Shown one piece after another: positions 39,111-51,390 of a stretch of 64,000 bases of DNA; within the stretch, counting starts at the first letter, position 1, and the number at the start of each line of letters is the position of its first letter. Origin of the DNA: Octopus sinensis. Lineage: Eukaryota. The notes under the pieces are model-generated. The model was not told where the DNA came from. It made no database searches and saw only the letters and a list, made by a program, of their open reading frames with translations. The position numbers and the translations under genes were made by a program. The stretch lies in NCBI RefSeq assembly GCF_006345805.1, contig NC_043012.1:9610001-9674000 (forward strand). The letters run 5' to 3'.

Positions 39111-39940
39111 TTTTATTTATTTACACAATAAGATCTGTTTCGTTGAAGTAACAGCTAACCCTCAGGTCAGGTAGTGGACCGAATAATAGTTCCAAAAACA
39201 AGCTCAAAAATATCTTGAAAATGGTGCATATTAGAGCACTGTCGTTTGGAATATCTTGCTGAATATCGCTCAGTATGGCGCAGGACTGTGTTGTCTGGAA
39301 TATAGTGCTCTGAATCTAATATAACCACAGAAGTTAGAGTAGGGTTGCACGGAAAGCAAGAGTTGTGACCCCGCATTTATTTCATGCTAAAATTGGCTTT
39401 ATAAGACACAACTTCCCTGAAGATTAGAGCTATCTATCTGGCCATCTTCAACAACAGGAAGGAAGTGTGTCAAGCATGCACAACATTATAAATAGATAAA
39501 TAAATCAGATAGGAATATATAGGAATATAGACAGACAAATACACAAATGGTGAGCTAGAGAGACAGAGGTCATTATATCAATATGTATACATTTCTAGCA
39601 ATTCGATTGGTGTGATAGATGGATATGTAATTAATTGTCTACAGAAAAACCTCAATTATAATTGTAAAAAACAAACTATAAATCATAATAATATTCAGTA
39701 TGGAAATATACAGAGTAATTATATACTGGCATTTATTTACACATTATTCATGTTGTTTGCTTGTCGCTTCTCCTCTTAACAAACAAATATTGTTTGTGTG
39801 TGTGTGGGGGTGTATCTTTGTTTGTGTGTACGCGAAATTAATATATATATATATATATATTGATATATACATATTTATATATATGTATATCTAAATGTAT
39901 ACACACACACACACACACACACCACACACACACACACACA

Positions 39941-39984
<44 letters not shown>

Positions 39985-40030
39985 TATATATATATATATA
40001 TATACAGACATATATATACGTACATATGTA

Positions 40031-40087
<57 letters not shown>

Positions 40088-40146
40088 TTGTATATATATA
40101 TATATTATGTATATATAAATAATATACATACATATATATATATACA

Positions 40147-40196
<50 letters not shown>

Positions 40197-40764
40197 AACA
40201 TAATAGATGTGTGTGTTTTTGTTTGGATATAACAAATACAGAAAAATCAATACAAGCTAGAGAATAGTAATATAGAAATGGCGAGAGAGTGAGAGAGGGC
40301 AGTAGAGAGAGAGAGAGGGGGGAAAGAAAGAATGAAAGGGAAAGAAAAAGAGAAAAATGAGAAACCGAGACAAAGAAATCGAAAGAGAGAAACGTATGAA
40401 ACCGGATGGAAACGTGCGGTAAAATGTATGTGGTGACTGAAGAGCCGTATAATTTATCATAACGAAGGGATTAAGAAACTATAATAATGAAACGTTTTAA
40501 GATATGAAATGAAAGTTCACCTAAAAATTTGTTGCAAAATGAAAGCGTATATTAATGCTTGGGTGACAATAGGTACGTAATTGTATCATTTATATGCATA
40601 CACACACTACACACTCACACTCAAATTTATATGCATACACGAACACACACACATATATATATAATATATAATTGTGTATATGTTTATATGCACACATGTT
40701 CATGTATGTGTGTATATAAATATATATATATATATGTATATATATAATATATATATATAAATAT

Positions 40765-40808
<44 letters not shown>

Positions 40809-41461
40809 GTGTATATGTTTATATGTACACATGTTCATGTATGTGTGTATATAAATATATATATATATGTGTGTGTGGGGGTGTATGTGTGTGTGTGAGT
40901 GAGTGTGTAAGTGTGTGTGTGTGTGTGTTAGTGCGTGTTTGTATATGCATGCATACACATACGCACACACACATACAGATCGAGACTCACACCACAACTT
41001 TGTGTGAAATTCGAAATTTATTGTACGCTGAAAAATTTAACAATGATTACCTGGAATTACCTGTTAGCAATCTTGGCATGGTCAGGAGAATTGAAACCTA
41101 ATTAAATATCTGAAGTCTAAAAGGATTTTGAACAAAATGGCGCCAATCGATATGTGACGGATTGCAAGGAGTTATGTAAGGTGAATGGCGTAAAAAGTTC
41201 TACTTTGTGCTGACGTTACAAAAGCAGTTTACATAACGATGTGTTATAGCTGGTGATACTGCTGATAATGATAATGATAATAATAATAATAAGAAGAAGA
41301 AGAAGGAGGAGGAGGAGAAGGAAGAGGAGGAGGGGGAAGAGGATGGGGAGGAGGAAGAGGTAAGCAGCTGCTAACATATACAAGCTGCATAATTAGAAAA
41401 ACTGTAAACCACAGCAAAATTGATAACAAGGAAAGAAAATTGAAAATAAATCAGAAATATG

Positions 41462-41566
<105 letters not shown>

Positions 41567-41984
41567 TATGTATGTATATAATATTATACATATATATACA
41601 TATATGTACATACCTACATATATATATGTATATATACATATATACATGCATATATGGGTACAGGACATAAAAAAAACGCAGACAAAATGAGAAACGAGAA
41701 CATAAAAAACAAAAACATAGAAAAAGAACTTTTTTCGAACAACGAAAGAAAGAAACAAACAGAGAAACGAGATAGGCAACATAAAGAACATTCCCTTCGT
41801 CAGCTGTCCCCTGTTTTATCTACTCCGCGTTTTGAAGACAGAGACAAGGCGCGACTTCGTTAAAACAGTTCTACCCCTAATGCAAATTAAATAAAATTTG
41901 GGATTTTTTGCGCTGGGTGAAAGTGGTAACAAAAACAGGACAGTGTTTGCTTTAGTGTGTAGCGACCCATGCATCGTTATCAAC

Positions 41985-42850
41985 TTTCTCGTCCTATTAT
42001 CTATGGAGCGAAAGGTATGGGTGTAAATGCAGGTGAAATGATGGGCAAGGAAGGGTTTAACCAGAGAGCTGAGGAGAAAGAAAGAAAGCCTTGAAATGAG
42101 AATGCAAGGACAGTTTGAAATGAATACACAAACCGTTAAGGATAATAGAGCATCGTGGGCATGGCTTGAGCGAGGTGATTTGAAGCGTACCACCGAAAGC
42201 CTGATCATTACTGCACAAGACCAGGCTCTCGCTACCAAGTATAACTTCTATAAAACTTCTAACACCTCAAAATACAGACTCTGTGCAAAGAGTGTGGAAA
42301 ATGTGACCCACTTGGAAAGTGGATGTGAGAGCCTTGCACAAAAAGAATACAAGTGCCGCCACGATAAGGTGTGTGTTTATCTTCATTGGCTCTTATGCCG
42401 TAAATGCCAATATGAAGTAACAGAGAACTGGTGTGAGCATGTACAAAGTAAAGTTATGCAGGAAACGGAAAATTAACGATTCACTGCGGCTATGATTTTC
42501 AGACGGATCGTGTAATCGAACAGCCTCGGCCGGATATTGTCTTATTAAATAAGCGAGACAAATATTGTCAGATCATTGATGTAGCCATGCCAAATGACAT
42601 AAATGTTGGAGTAAAGAGGTTGGAAAAATCACCAAGTACTCCGTAATGGAAAGTGGAAATGGTAAGACAGTAAAGAATGCGAGAGGGTAATGTAAAAGTG
42701 ATACCGTGCAAGATTGATGTCTTGCAAAAAGCAGACTTATTGGGAACAGCGCACATTTTGACGAAAGTAGTATCTGTCTGAGGTCCTCGTTGTGATTTGA
42801 GAGATGACTAAAGACTCCGGTGCAATTTTACCTACACAGTGTTACGAAAG
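41985..42850 (+). mobile_element. R4/Dong-clade 3' end
   Basis: MQGQF...SWAWLERGDLKRTTESLIITAQDQAL, RLC.KSVENVTHL.SGC..LA.KEYK.RHDKV, RPDIV...IIDVAMPND, GTAHIL; ends in (AAT/AAC)n. Confidence 0.92.
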
Positions 42851-42883
42851 AATAATAATATTAATAATAATAACAACAACAAC

Positions 42884-42930
<47 letters not shown>

Positions 42931-42993
42931 CAACAACAACAACAACAACAATAATAATAACAACAACAACAACAACAACAACAACACAACAAC

Positions 42994-43026
<33 letters not shown>

Positions 43027-43070
43027 GACGACGACAACAGCAACAACAACAACAACGATAATAATAACCA

Positions 43071-43940
43071 TTCTCATTAGAATAGGACTATGCCAGGGAG
43101 ACACGTTCTCTACACTCCTTTTCTGCTTGAAACTGACGCCTTTATCTGGCATGCTAAACAACTGGATATGGATACAATTGTTACGGCAAAACGATCAACA
43201 ATCTCTCGTATATGGATGATTTAAAACTGTATGCTACGAATGATAAACAGCTGGAAACATTACTACAAATGCTGCATGGATTTACGAAAGAAATAAACAT
43301 GAAATTTGGCTTAGAAAAATGTGCCAAGACAACATTAGAAAGACGAAAGCTAGTTAAGAGTAACAACATCACAGTAGGTAAAGCAAATGAAATAAGAGAA
43401 TTTGACCAAAGCCAGACATACAAATACTTAGGAATCAATAAACTAGATAGAATACAATACACACAAATGAAAGAGAAGATAAGAAAGGAATACTGTTGAT
43501 CGGTTAGATTAATACTGAATACAGAGGTCAATACGAAAAACAAGATAATTGATATCAACATTCTAACCGCCTCAATTATAAGTTACAGCTACACTATTCT
43601 TAATTGGACTCTCTAAATGAACTAATCAAAATACGAAAACAGGAAAAATAATGACAGTATTTAGGATGCACCACCCAAAATCTGACAAAAAAATGTTATA
43701 TATACAACGTATCGAAGGTGGTAGAGGCTTTATGCAGCTAGGAAACTATTACAAAATAACCACCATAGGACTACAGAAATACCTACTTCACAAGCAAGGA
43801 AAACTAATACAAATAGCCACAAAACACAAACAAAGCAAAAATCTGCTTTCTGTCATTAAGGAAGCTGACAAATAGAGGAAAGAAGTTATAGTACCTAACA
43901 ACTACGAAAAAAAAAATGAAACAGCAAAATTTGTAAAACA
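43071..43940 (+). mobile_element. R4/Dong-clade RT fragment
   Basis: GLCQGDTFSTLLF, YMDDLKLYA, MKFGLEKCA, YKYLG, HHPKSD...LYIQRIEGGRG. Confidence 0.93.
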
Positions 43941-44049
43941 ACTAGGTCGACCGTGCAGAAAACAAATTTGTGGTCTTCGTTACCTGTGACTGAATTGTAT
44001 ACAACATAAGCTACTTTTATCTGTTGGCCTACAAAATATTCTATCTAGA

Positions 44050-44270
44050 TACGGTAGACCATGTCAAAATTGGCACATTTGGGAAATCTAGTTGATACCT
44101 GTCAACCAGTTGGAAGCGGCGGAGCAGGTTTGGCCTCACTTTGGCCAGGCGTGCGTCCAAGATAGCTATCCAATAGCCCACAAAACTTAAAGAGCGAGAT
44201 GTCCCACAAAAATCTTCCGAACGTCTGAAGAAAACTGGTTGCCCCACCTCAGTCGTTGCGCACACGATAA
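44050..44270 (-). mobile_element. possible LINE RT C-terminal remnant
   Basis: DISLFK..LLDSYL..TPGQ resembles the FK..LD.YL..IPD.P end motif of several LINE clades; weak. Confidence 0.3.
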
Positions 44271-44275
44271 CTTTT

Positions 44276-44277
<2 letters not shown>

Positions 44278-44321
<44 letters not shown>

Positions 44322-44645
44322 GTGATGATGATGATGATGATGATGAGGCAGAGGTGGAAGAGGAGGATGAAGCGGAGGAGGTAGATGAGGAAGTAGGAGA
44401 GTGGGGGGGGGATTGAGGAAAATGAGGATGATGATGATTATGATAAAAAGTGGAAAGAAAGGAAGAATGAAAAAAAAAATGGAAGCACTTACTTTACTTT
44501 ATGTCAGTGAAAGTTGTGCCCAGCGATATCTGGACTGAGAACGGTAAAATGAAGAAAATACCTCAAAAGACTTCCTGACATTCTAACGATTCCGTCGTTG
44601 TCATCGTCGTCGTCATCGTTGTCGTTGTCCTCGAAGTAGTAGTAG

Positions 44646-44698
<53 letters not shown>

Positions 44699-45110
44699 TA
44701 ACTACTACTGTAACTACTACTACTACTACTACTACTAATAATAATAATAATAATAATATAATAATAATAATAATAATAATAATAAGTGATGATGATGATG
44801 ATGATGATGAGGCAGAGGTGGAAGAGGAGGATGAAGCGGAGGAGGTAGATGAGGAAGTAGGAAAGTGGGGGGGGGATTGAGGAAAATGAGGATGATGATG
44901 ATTATGATAAAAAGTGGAAAGAAAGGAAGAATGAAAAAAAAAATGGAAGCACTTACTTTACTTTATGTCAGTGAAAGTTGTGCCCAGCGATATCTGGACT
45001 GAGAACGGTAAAATGAAGAAAATACCTCAAAAGACTTTCCTGACATTCTAACGATTCCGTCGTTGTCATCGTCGTCGTCATCGTTGTCGTTGTCCTCGAA
45101 GTAGTAGTAG

Positions 45111-45163
<53 letters not shown>

Positions 45164-45197
45164 TAACTACTACTGTAACTACTACTACTACTACTAC

Positions 45198-45228
<31 letters not shown>

Positions 45229-45230
45229 AA
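44278..45230. repeat. tandem duplication, period about 464 bp
   Basis: Two near-identical units (AAT, GAT, GAG-rich, unique core, CTA), matching at 44322 and 44786. Confidence 0.95.
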
Positions 45231-46078
45231 TAATATCAATAAGAATAATTGAATGTATATAAGAAATGAAATCTAATAAAAATTGCGTATTATGTATATG
45301 AATGCATGGGACAGCACAAGGCTAACATGTACCAAACAGGAGAAAATATGTATTTTGCTGTAATAAAAAAAAGAAGAAAATAAATCTGTTACATGTCACG
45401 TGTCACTTATCTAGTTGGTAGTATATTATAAGAAAAAGGATTTTACGTAATATCTGCGATGCTTGACACATTCCCATTTATTATTCACACAATTTGAACA
45501 AAAATGGCCCCTTGTCAGTAAGCCAGCGAGAAGAGCGCAATTTAAAACGAACATGTCCATGTCTATCAATACCACACTAACGACAGATCGGCATTCATAT
45601 ACCAAATTTAATTGGATAAATGTATTCTCTTTTCTTTTTCCAGTGTATTCTATTTTTTAAAAGTTATTTTCTGTAACACCTATGTAGATATAGTGGCCTT
45701 GTTAACTTTTACCTCGAAGTGAATCTGTTATTAAGACTGTACAGCCATTTAAGACAAGTTGAATAAATCATCGTGACCAAGGTGATAATGATAGTTGTGG
45801 TGTCGGTGGTAAGTGTTCTGATGTTGACAATGTTGATGATTGTTGCGCTGTTGGGAAAATGGAGACTTGTGAGTGGAGACTGTATTAGTTAACTTGATGA
45901 CGATGGTATTTGTAGTGTTGCTGACAGAGTCACTTGTCATCTTAATGATGGTCGCTGTTGCGTTGGTATCGCTTGCTATTGACGTCATAGTGGTTGTTGT
46001 TGTCTAGTACTGGCTCATTTATAATACACATCTCCTAAAGCACACAGGTAATTTCCCCAAAGGTGTGACTCGACTTAC

Positions 46079-46226
46079 AAACGAATCCATCTCCCCAATT
46101 ATGCCGTATCTCACTTTCGTCGGGGACCATACTGCACACTCTGAGATGCACTGGTGAATTGTATGGTGCAGAGCGTTACAGTCTGGCCACATTGCTCTCT
46201 CTACAACTCGGTCAACATTTATCAAC
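46079..46226 (-). CDS. internal coding exon of an uncharacterised protein: LINVDRVVERAMWPDCNALHHTIHQCISECAVWSPTKVRYGIIGEMDSF
   Basis: Acceptor CTCACCGCAATTATTTCCAG|G, donor TTT|GTAAGT, 148 nt, only one open frame, non-repetitive and protein-like. Confidence 0.78.
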
Positions 46227-46368
46227 CTGGAAATAATTGCGGTGAGAACCGCTAAGGAGAATCCATGTAAGGCGCTTTAATTGCTATTTTCTTGCTTTTA
46301 ATTTCGATGGCACTCTAGTTATTGAGAATGAATCGGATAGTTCTGTGTATATGTATATGCTTTATTTT

Positions 46369-46742
46369 GTGGAGGCGCAATGGCCCAGTGGTTAGGGCAG
46401 CGGACTCGCGGTCATAGGATCGCGGTTTCGATTCCCAGACCGAGCGTTGTGAGTGTTTATTGAGCGAAAACACCTAAAGCTCCACGAGGCTTCGGCAGGG
46501 GATGGTGCTATACTCTTTCACCACAACTTTCTCTCACTCTTACTTCCTGTTTCTGTTGTACTTGTATTTCAAAGGGCCGGCCTTGTCACTCTCTGTGTCA
46601 CGCTGAAACTCCTCGAGAACTACGTTAAGGGTACACGTGTCTGTGGAGTGCTCAGCCACTTACACGTTAATTTCACGAGCAGGCTGTTCCGTTGATTCAG
46701 ATCAACCGGAACCCTCGTCGTCGTAACCGACGGAGTGCTTCC
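46369..46742 (+). mobile_element. SINE family C (OR-type), tail variant 2, young full-length copy
   Basis: Intact tRNA-like head; perfect 14-bp TSD ATATGCTTTATTTT at 46355-46368 and 46743-46756. Confidence 0.93.
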
Positions 46743-47689
46743 ATATGCTTTATTTTAGTCTTGGCTAGACAGAAATTAGAGTATTGGCGTCGCAGTATTT
46801 TGGGACTCGTAACGATACCCAGTAGTTTGTAGGTGAGTCTTCAAGGTGTAACAAAAATTGTGATATTCAAACGTGCTGTGATGACTAACCATCGTCTTAC
46901 TTTCGTAGGATTCTTGAGTTATAGCGCAGCGAAGTTGTTGACGAGATTTTTGTGTTTCTAGAACTAGTGATGGCACATATTTTACAACTTGGTGTACATT
47001 ATAGGTAATAGTTTGTGGAGAGACTAACAAACTCTATGACGGACCTAAACTTTCGCTGCCAATGTTGCTATTTTTTTTCTGCTGTCGAAATCTTGCTAAC
47101 TGTTTGTGCCTCGTTTTGATTTCCTAACTGTATTTTCGGCGCAACGTGTATTCTGTGAAGATATCTGCAAACTACTTTTCGTGCGTCCTGTGAATGCGCG
47201 CGAGAGTAGTATGTTTTGTGGTGAAAAATTCTAGTTGGATTCTCTTGTGTTGCCAGTATGAAGTAAGACAGTTATTTGTAAGGTGCTACTTTATGCCCAT
47301 TAATGTGCAGTTATATTTCAACGTGACTGATGTAGGTTTGGAAAAATGCCGCAATACCTGAAGAAAAGCTGGTGGATGTCCGTACATATATCTGGGAGAT
47401 GTCATCTGTATATGTGGCTGTGTGCATGTTTTAAGAACGTATAGCATAGCAATGTTATGGAGATGTATATTTTAAACAAAGGGGGTGAGAACGCGGCAAT
47501 GTGTTATTCCCATCGCTGAATTTCAGCCATAGAAATGTTTTTATATACCGCTCGTTACAATATCATATGGACATAAATCAGATCTAGTCGAGAAGATCTA
47601 TGACTAACGGAATTCCAGCCAAGTCCATTTCCGTCTTGTATGTAACAAGGCCTGCATTGTCGAATGTATTCTTCTTTCGAAAATGGTAG

Positions 47690-48480
47690 CAGAGTTGGTG
47701 TTGATGTTGATAGTTGTATTGTTGTGCATTGCCATAGTTGTAGTGACTGAAAGTGGTGTTGATTTTGATTGTGATGTTGGTGTAGCCGTTGTAGTGGTGC
47801 CGTTAATGGAAGTAATAATGTTAGTGATGTGGTGTTAGTGATGGAGGTAGTGGTGGGTGTGATGATGGTCGACGTGGTGTTATTAAGAGATATAGTTGTA
47901 GTTGTGAAGGTAGTGGTTGACGTATAGCGGTTGTTGTTACTGTTGTTGGCGGTGGTGGTGGTAGGGAGTTTAGCAATAATTACAATTTTAATGAATAATG
48001 TTTATTTAACGCGGGAAGACCAATTATTATGGCGTTCTTGGTGACGGTGGTGTGGTAGCTGGTAATGGAGGCGTTGCTGACACTGTTTTTGTTGTTGTTT
48101 GTGGTGGTGTTAATGGAGACGTCGCTGACGTAGCCGATACTATTTGTAAATGCATAAATGTTGGTAGTGATATTACTAATAGAGGAGGTGTCGCTGAAGG
48201 TGGCGGTGGAGATCTCATTAAATTAGTGTAGTTAGTAATATTGGTGGTGGTGGAGGTGACACTGGTGACGAGAGTGTTGTTGGCGGCGGTGTCGCTGATG
48301 GTTATGGTGTTTTTGTTAGAGGTAGTGCTACTGGTGATCGTCGTGGTGGTGTGATCCCTCGCAATGGTAGAATTGTTTGACTCTACTACAAATGGTTGGA
48401 GTGTCATTGAGTTGTGCAGAGTATTTGGTGTTGCTATGGAGTTTGGCACTGGTGTCGCTGTTGGTGATGATAATAAGTTA
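47690..48480. repeat. degenerate GTT/GGT/GAT triplet tract
   Basis: Low-complexity; yields Thr-rich pseudo-ORFs. Confidence 0.8.
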
Positions 48481-49494
48481 CAGGCTGTGGCTGAAGACTA
48501 AGATTTAAAATAATAGCATTTATGTCTATTCATAGAACGTTTCTGCGCAAACGGATGTCAATTCGGCTTTTAACCATTACATTTTCTCTTAGAAAATTAC
48601 TTCTCAAAATAGCTTTGGCATGTAAGCGCAACATATGCTCCAAGTGATGTCAGTAGTCAACAGGCACTGGTGTTTAGGTTTCATTTATTCTCGTCAGTGA
48701 TTGACACAACGTCGGACATTTGAGCTTAAATAGGGACTGTTCATATCCATAAAAATTAACAAACAAAATATTTTCTCTCGTATGCATAATAATTTAATCT
48801 CAACTTAGAAAGCCTTCGTACATATCACCAGAATGTTAATTTTAAACCTTTAACTTTAAGAATATTCCATACTTTTCATTACGATTAAAACATCAGTCGT
48901 CAGCTTTCTTAAAAAAACTGAGCTGCCACCTAACAGCATTCGACGGGACTAGTTGTAAGAGTTTTGTTAATACTATTCCATAACGTAATAATTATAGTTC
49001 TATAAAGCTTAGTGAAAGAAGACTGGGAGTTCTTTCAACCCTGAAGTTCTATTACAACTCCTAACAGACATAAGTTGCACAAGCAGTGAATTATAATGTT
49101 TCCCAGTTAACGTCAGTAGATAATAGCAATACGTAGCTGTCCGATGCAGGACGAGTGAGTAGCAGTCCCTTTGAAAAGTACTCAGAAGCAGTCAATACAA
49201 ACAAGCCTCACTTAGCATACAATGAAAACAACCTAATTTTTTAAGCTGTAAAATCCAATGTATTCACAACGAAATGAGTGAAAGATCAATTTGTTTTTTC
49301 TCACTCATGTGAAGTATTAAGTAACGCGGAACTTAATCAATATGTTGATATATCACGTTTCTTAAAAACTATCCTCTAGAAAACACTGAATGCTCATTCT
49401 TTAAACATTACTCTCTCTTTCTCTCTCTCTCTCTCACCTTATACATACTTGCATGCATACATACATACACACATCTCTTTTTCTCTCTCTCTTC

Positions 49495-49527
<33 letters not shown>

Positions 49528-49591
49528 ACATAAGTAATTGAATGAGAGCGGTCAGCTAAAAGTTTTTTGTGCATTTTGATGTCGACATAAG

Positions 49592-49690
49592 TTCCTTGAT
49601 TTTCCTGATGAGAAATCTGCATAATGTACTCCTTATTCCTTCGGAATTAAGAATATGCAGCCTTCGAAACATACGTCGAGAATAAAGGAT
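49592..49690 (+). ncRNA. type I hammerhead ribozyme
   Basis: Stem I CCTTGATTTTC/GAGAATAAAGG, core CTGATGA 49605-49611, stem II GAA..CTGCATA/TATGCAG..TTC, GAAA 49666-49669, stem III AC(ATAC)GT, GUC site ending at 49677. Confidence 0.85.
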
Positions 49691-50291
49691 ATTTGTTTAC
49701 TAGTCGTTCAACTCCATTCTTTCATATACTTATATATATACATACATACATATCTATATCTATATCTATATCTATTTATCTATCTATCTATTTATCTATA
49801 TGTATATAGGGGGTAGTGATTGACTTTACTGTTATGTATTTCACGGGTCAATATCGAATGGGGAAGAAAATGCTATTGTCAATCAATTCACTTAAACTCT
49901 CGATCTATTCGTTCCTGGTTGACGCTTCTAATATTATCTCCACTGTCCACAATCGCTTAATCAGCTCCCAACAGCTCATCGTTAGATAATACATATTATA
50001 TAATCGATATGATTATATCATTTCTGCCTTCCATGTCTTTAAGCATGCTACGTGTTATATCATTCATATGATATAGAGACAATTCTAAGGTGATGAATAG
50101 CTATAGAGCCAACAACTTTTTTCTTCATATGTTATTTACAATCCACGACTGAAGGTAGCCTACTGGATTTTCAGATTTTCAATTTTTGTGAGACTAATAT
50201 ATTAGAGAAATATTCTTCTCTACGCATTCAGATAATTGCTGTTCGTAGGAGTGCTGCCTTAAGTATATATATATGATAGATCGTTAGCCAC

Positions 50292-50327
<36 letters not shown>

Positions 50328-50528
50328 AATATAGATATATATATATATACATACATATTTAGTTTTGGGATTTGTTCAAGACGCAACGAAAATTTTAGAA
50401 AAATAAGTAAATGAGTGGAAATTCTACTGGTGTGTTAAATTATAAGGCACTAAAAGAGAATGACTCTCCCCAGACACAACAGTATATATATATATATATA
50501 TATATATATAAGTATATACAGGTATATA

Positions 50529-50903
50529 CACTACCGTCAGAAATTAATTAGCACCCTTGATTTGCTCTTCACTCATGGTATGTACTGTCACCTAGTGGCC
50601 ATATCTCGAACTATTGCTTTGTTGCGAGTTCACTGTTGCGCAGAACGATGACGTAACTTTGTTTGCAGAGCAGTTTGAGAGTCTACAGCCTTATGATGTT
50701 GACATAGCAGTGCAACAACTGGAGTGCGGATGCAGACAAATATTCCTTTGTTTAATAGATATAGGTAGCGCCTCGCAAGGACCGAAATCACACCATACTA
50801 AGTTTTCTCATCTCGTAAACGTTTTGAACAGCTCATAGGTTAATTGATTTAACCTATTTAATGTAGAAATTTGAGAAGTGCTAATTAATTTCTGACGCAA
50901 GTG
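50529..50903. mobile_element. Tc1/mariner-type MITE, 375 bp
   Basis: 26-bp TIRs CACT(AC/TG)CGTCAGAAATTAATTAGCAC with 2 mismatches; TA on both sides. Confidence 0.88.
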
Positions 50904-50912
50904 TATGTATAT

Positions 50913-50979
<67 letters not shown>

Positions 50980-51061
50980 TACACACACATATATATGTAT
51001 ATGTATGTATGTATATATATAAATAAATGAAAGAATGGAGTTGAACGACGATTTAACAAAA

Positions 51062-51160
51062 TTCCTTTATTCCCGACATATGTTTCGAAGGCTGCATATT
51101 CCTAATTTCGAAGGAATAAGGGGTGCATTATGCCGCCTTCTCATCAGGAAAAACAAGGAA
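51062..51160 (-). ncRNA. type I hammerhead ribozyme
   Basis: Reverse strand TTCCTTGTTTTTC-CTGATGA-GAAGGCGGCATA...TATGCAGCCTTC-GAAA-CATATG-TC-GGGAATAAAGGAA; intact core, palindromic ACATATGT stem III, GUC at 51077-51075. Confidence 0.88.
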
Positions 51161-51248
51161 CTTATGTCAGCATCAAGATGAACAAAACTCTTAGATGACT
51201 GCCCACATGGAGCCCATAGCGATAATGAGTGTTTCTTTAAAATATTCC

Positions 51249-51366
<118 letters not shown>

Positions 51367-51390
51367 TGTGTGCATGTATGTGTATATGTA

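Noticed and set aside
40668-40870. About 135-bp local duplication
   Set aside because: Lies within TA/TG low-complexity sequence; ordinary slippage.
41700-41950. CTGACGAAG on the minus strand and a possible CTGTTTT/AAAACAG helix
   Set aside because: No properly spaced GAAAC and cleavage triplet. Probably a repeat fragment, but not supportable as a ribozyme.
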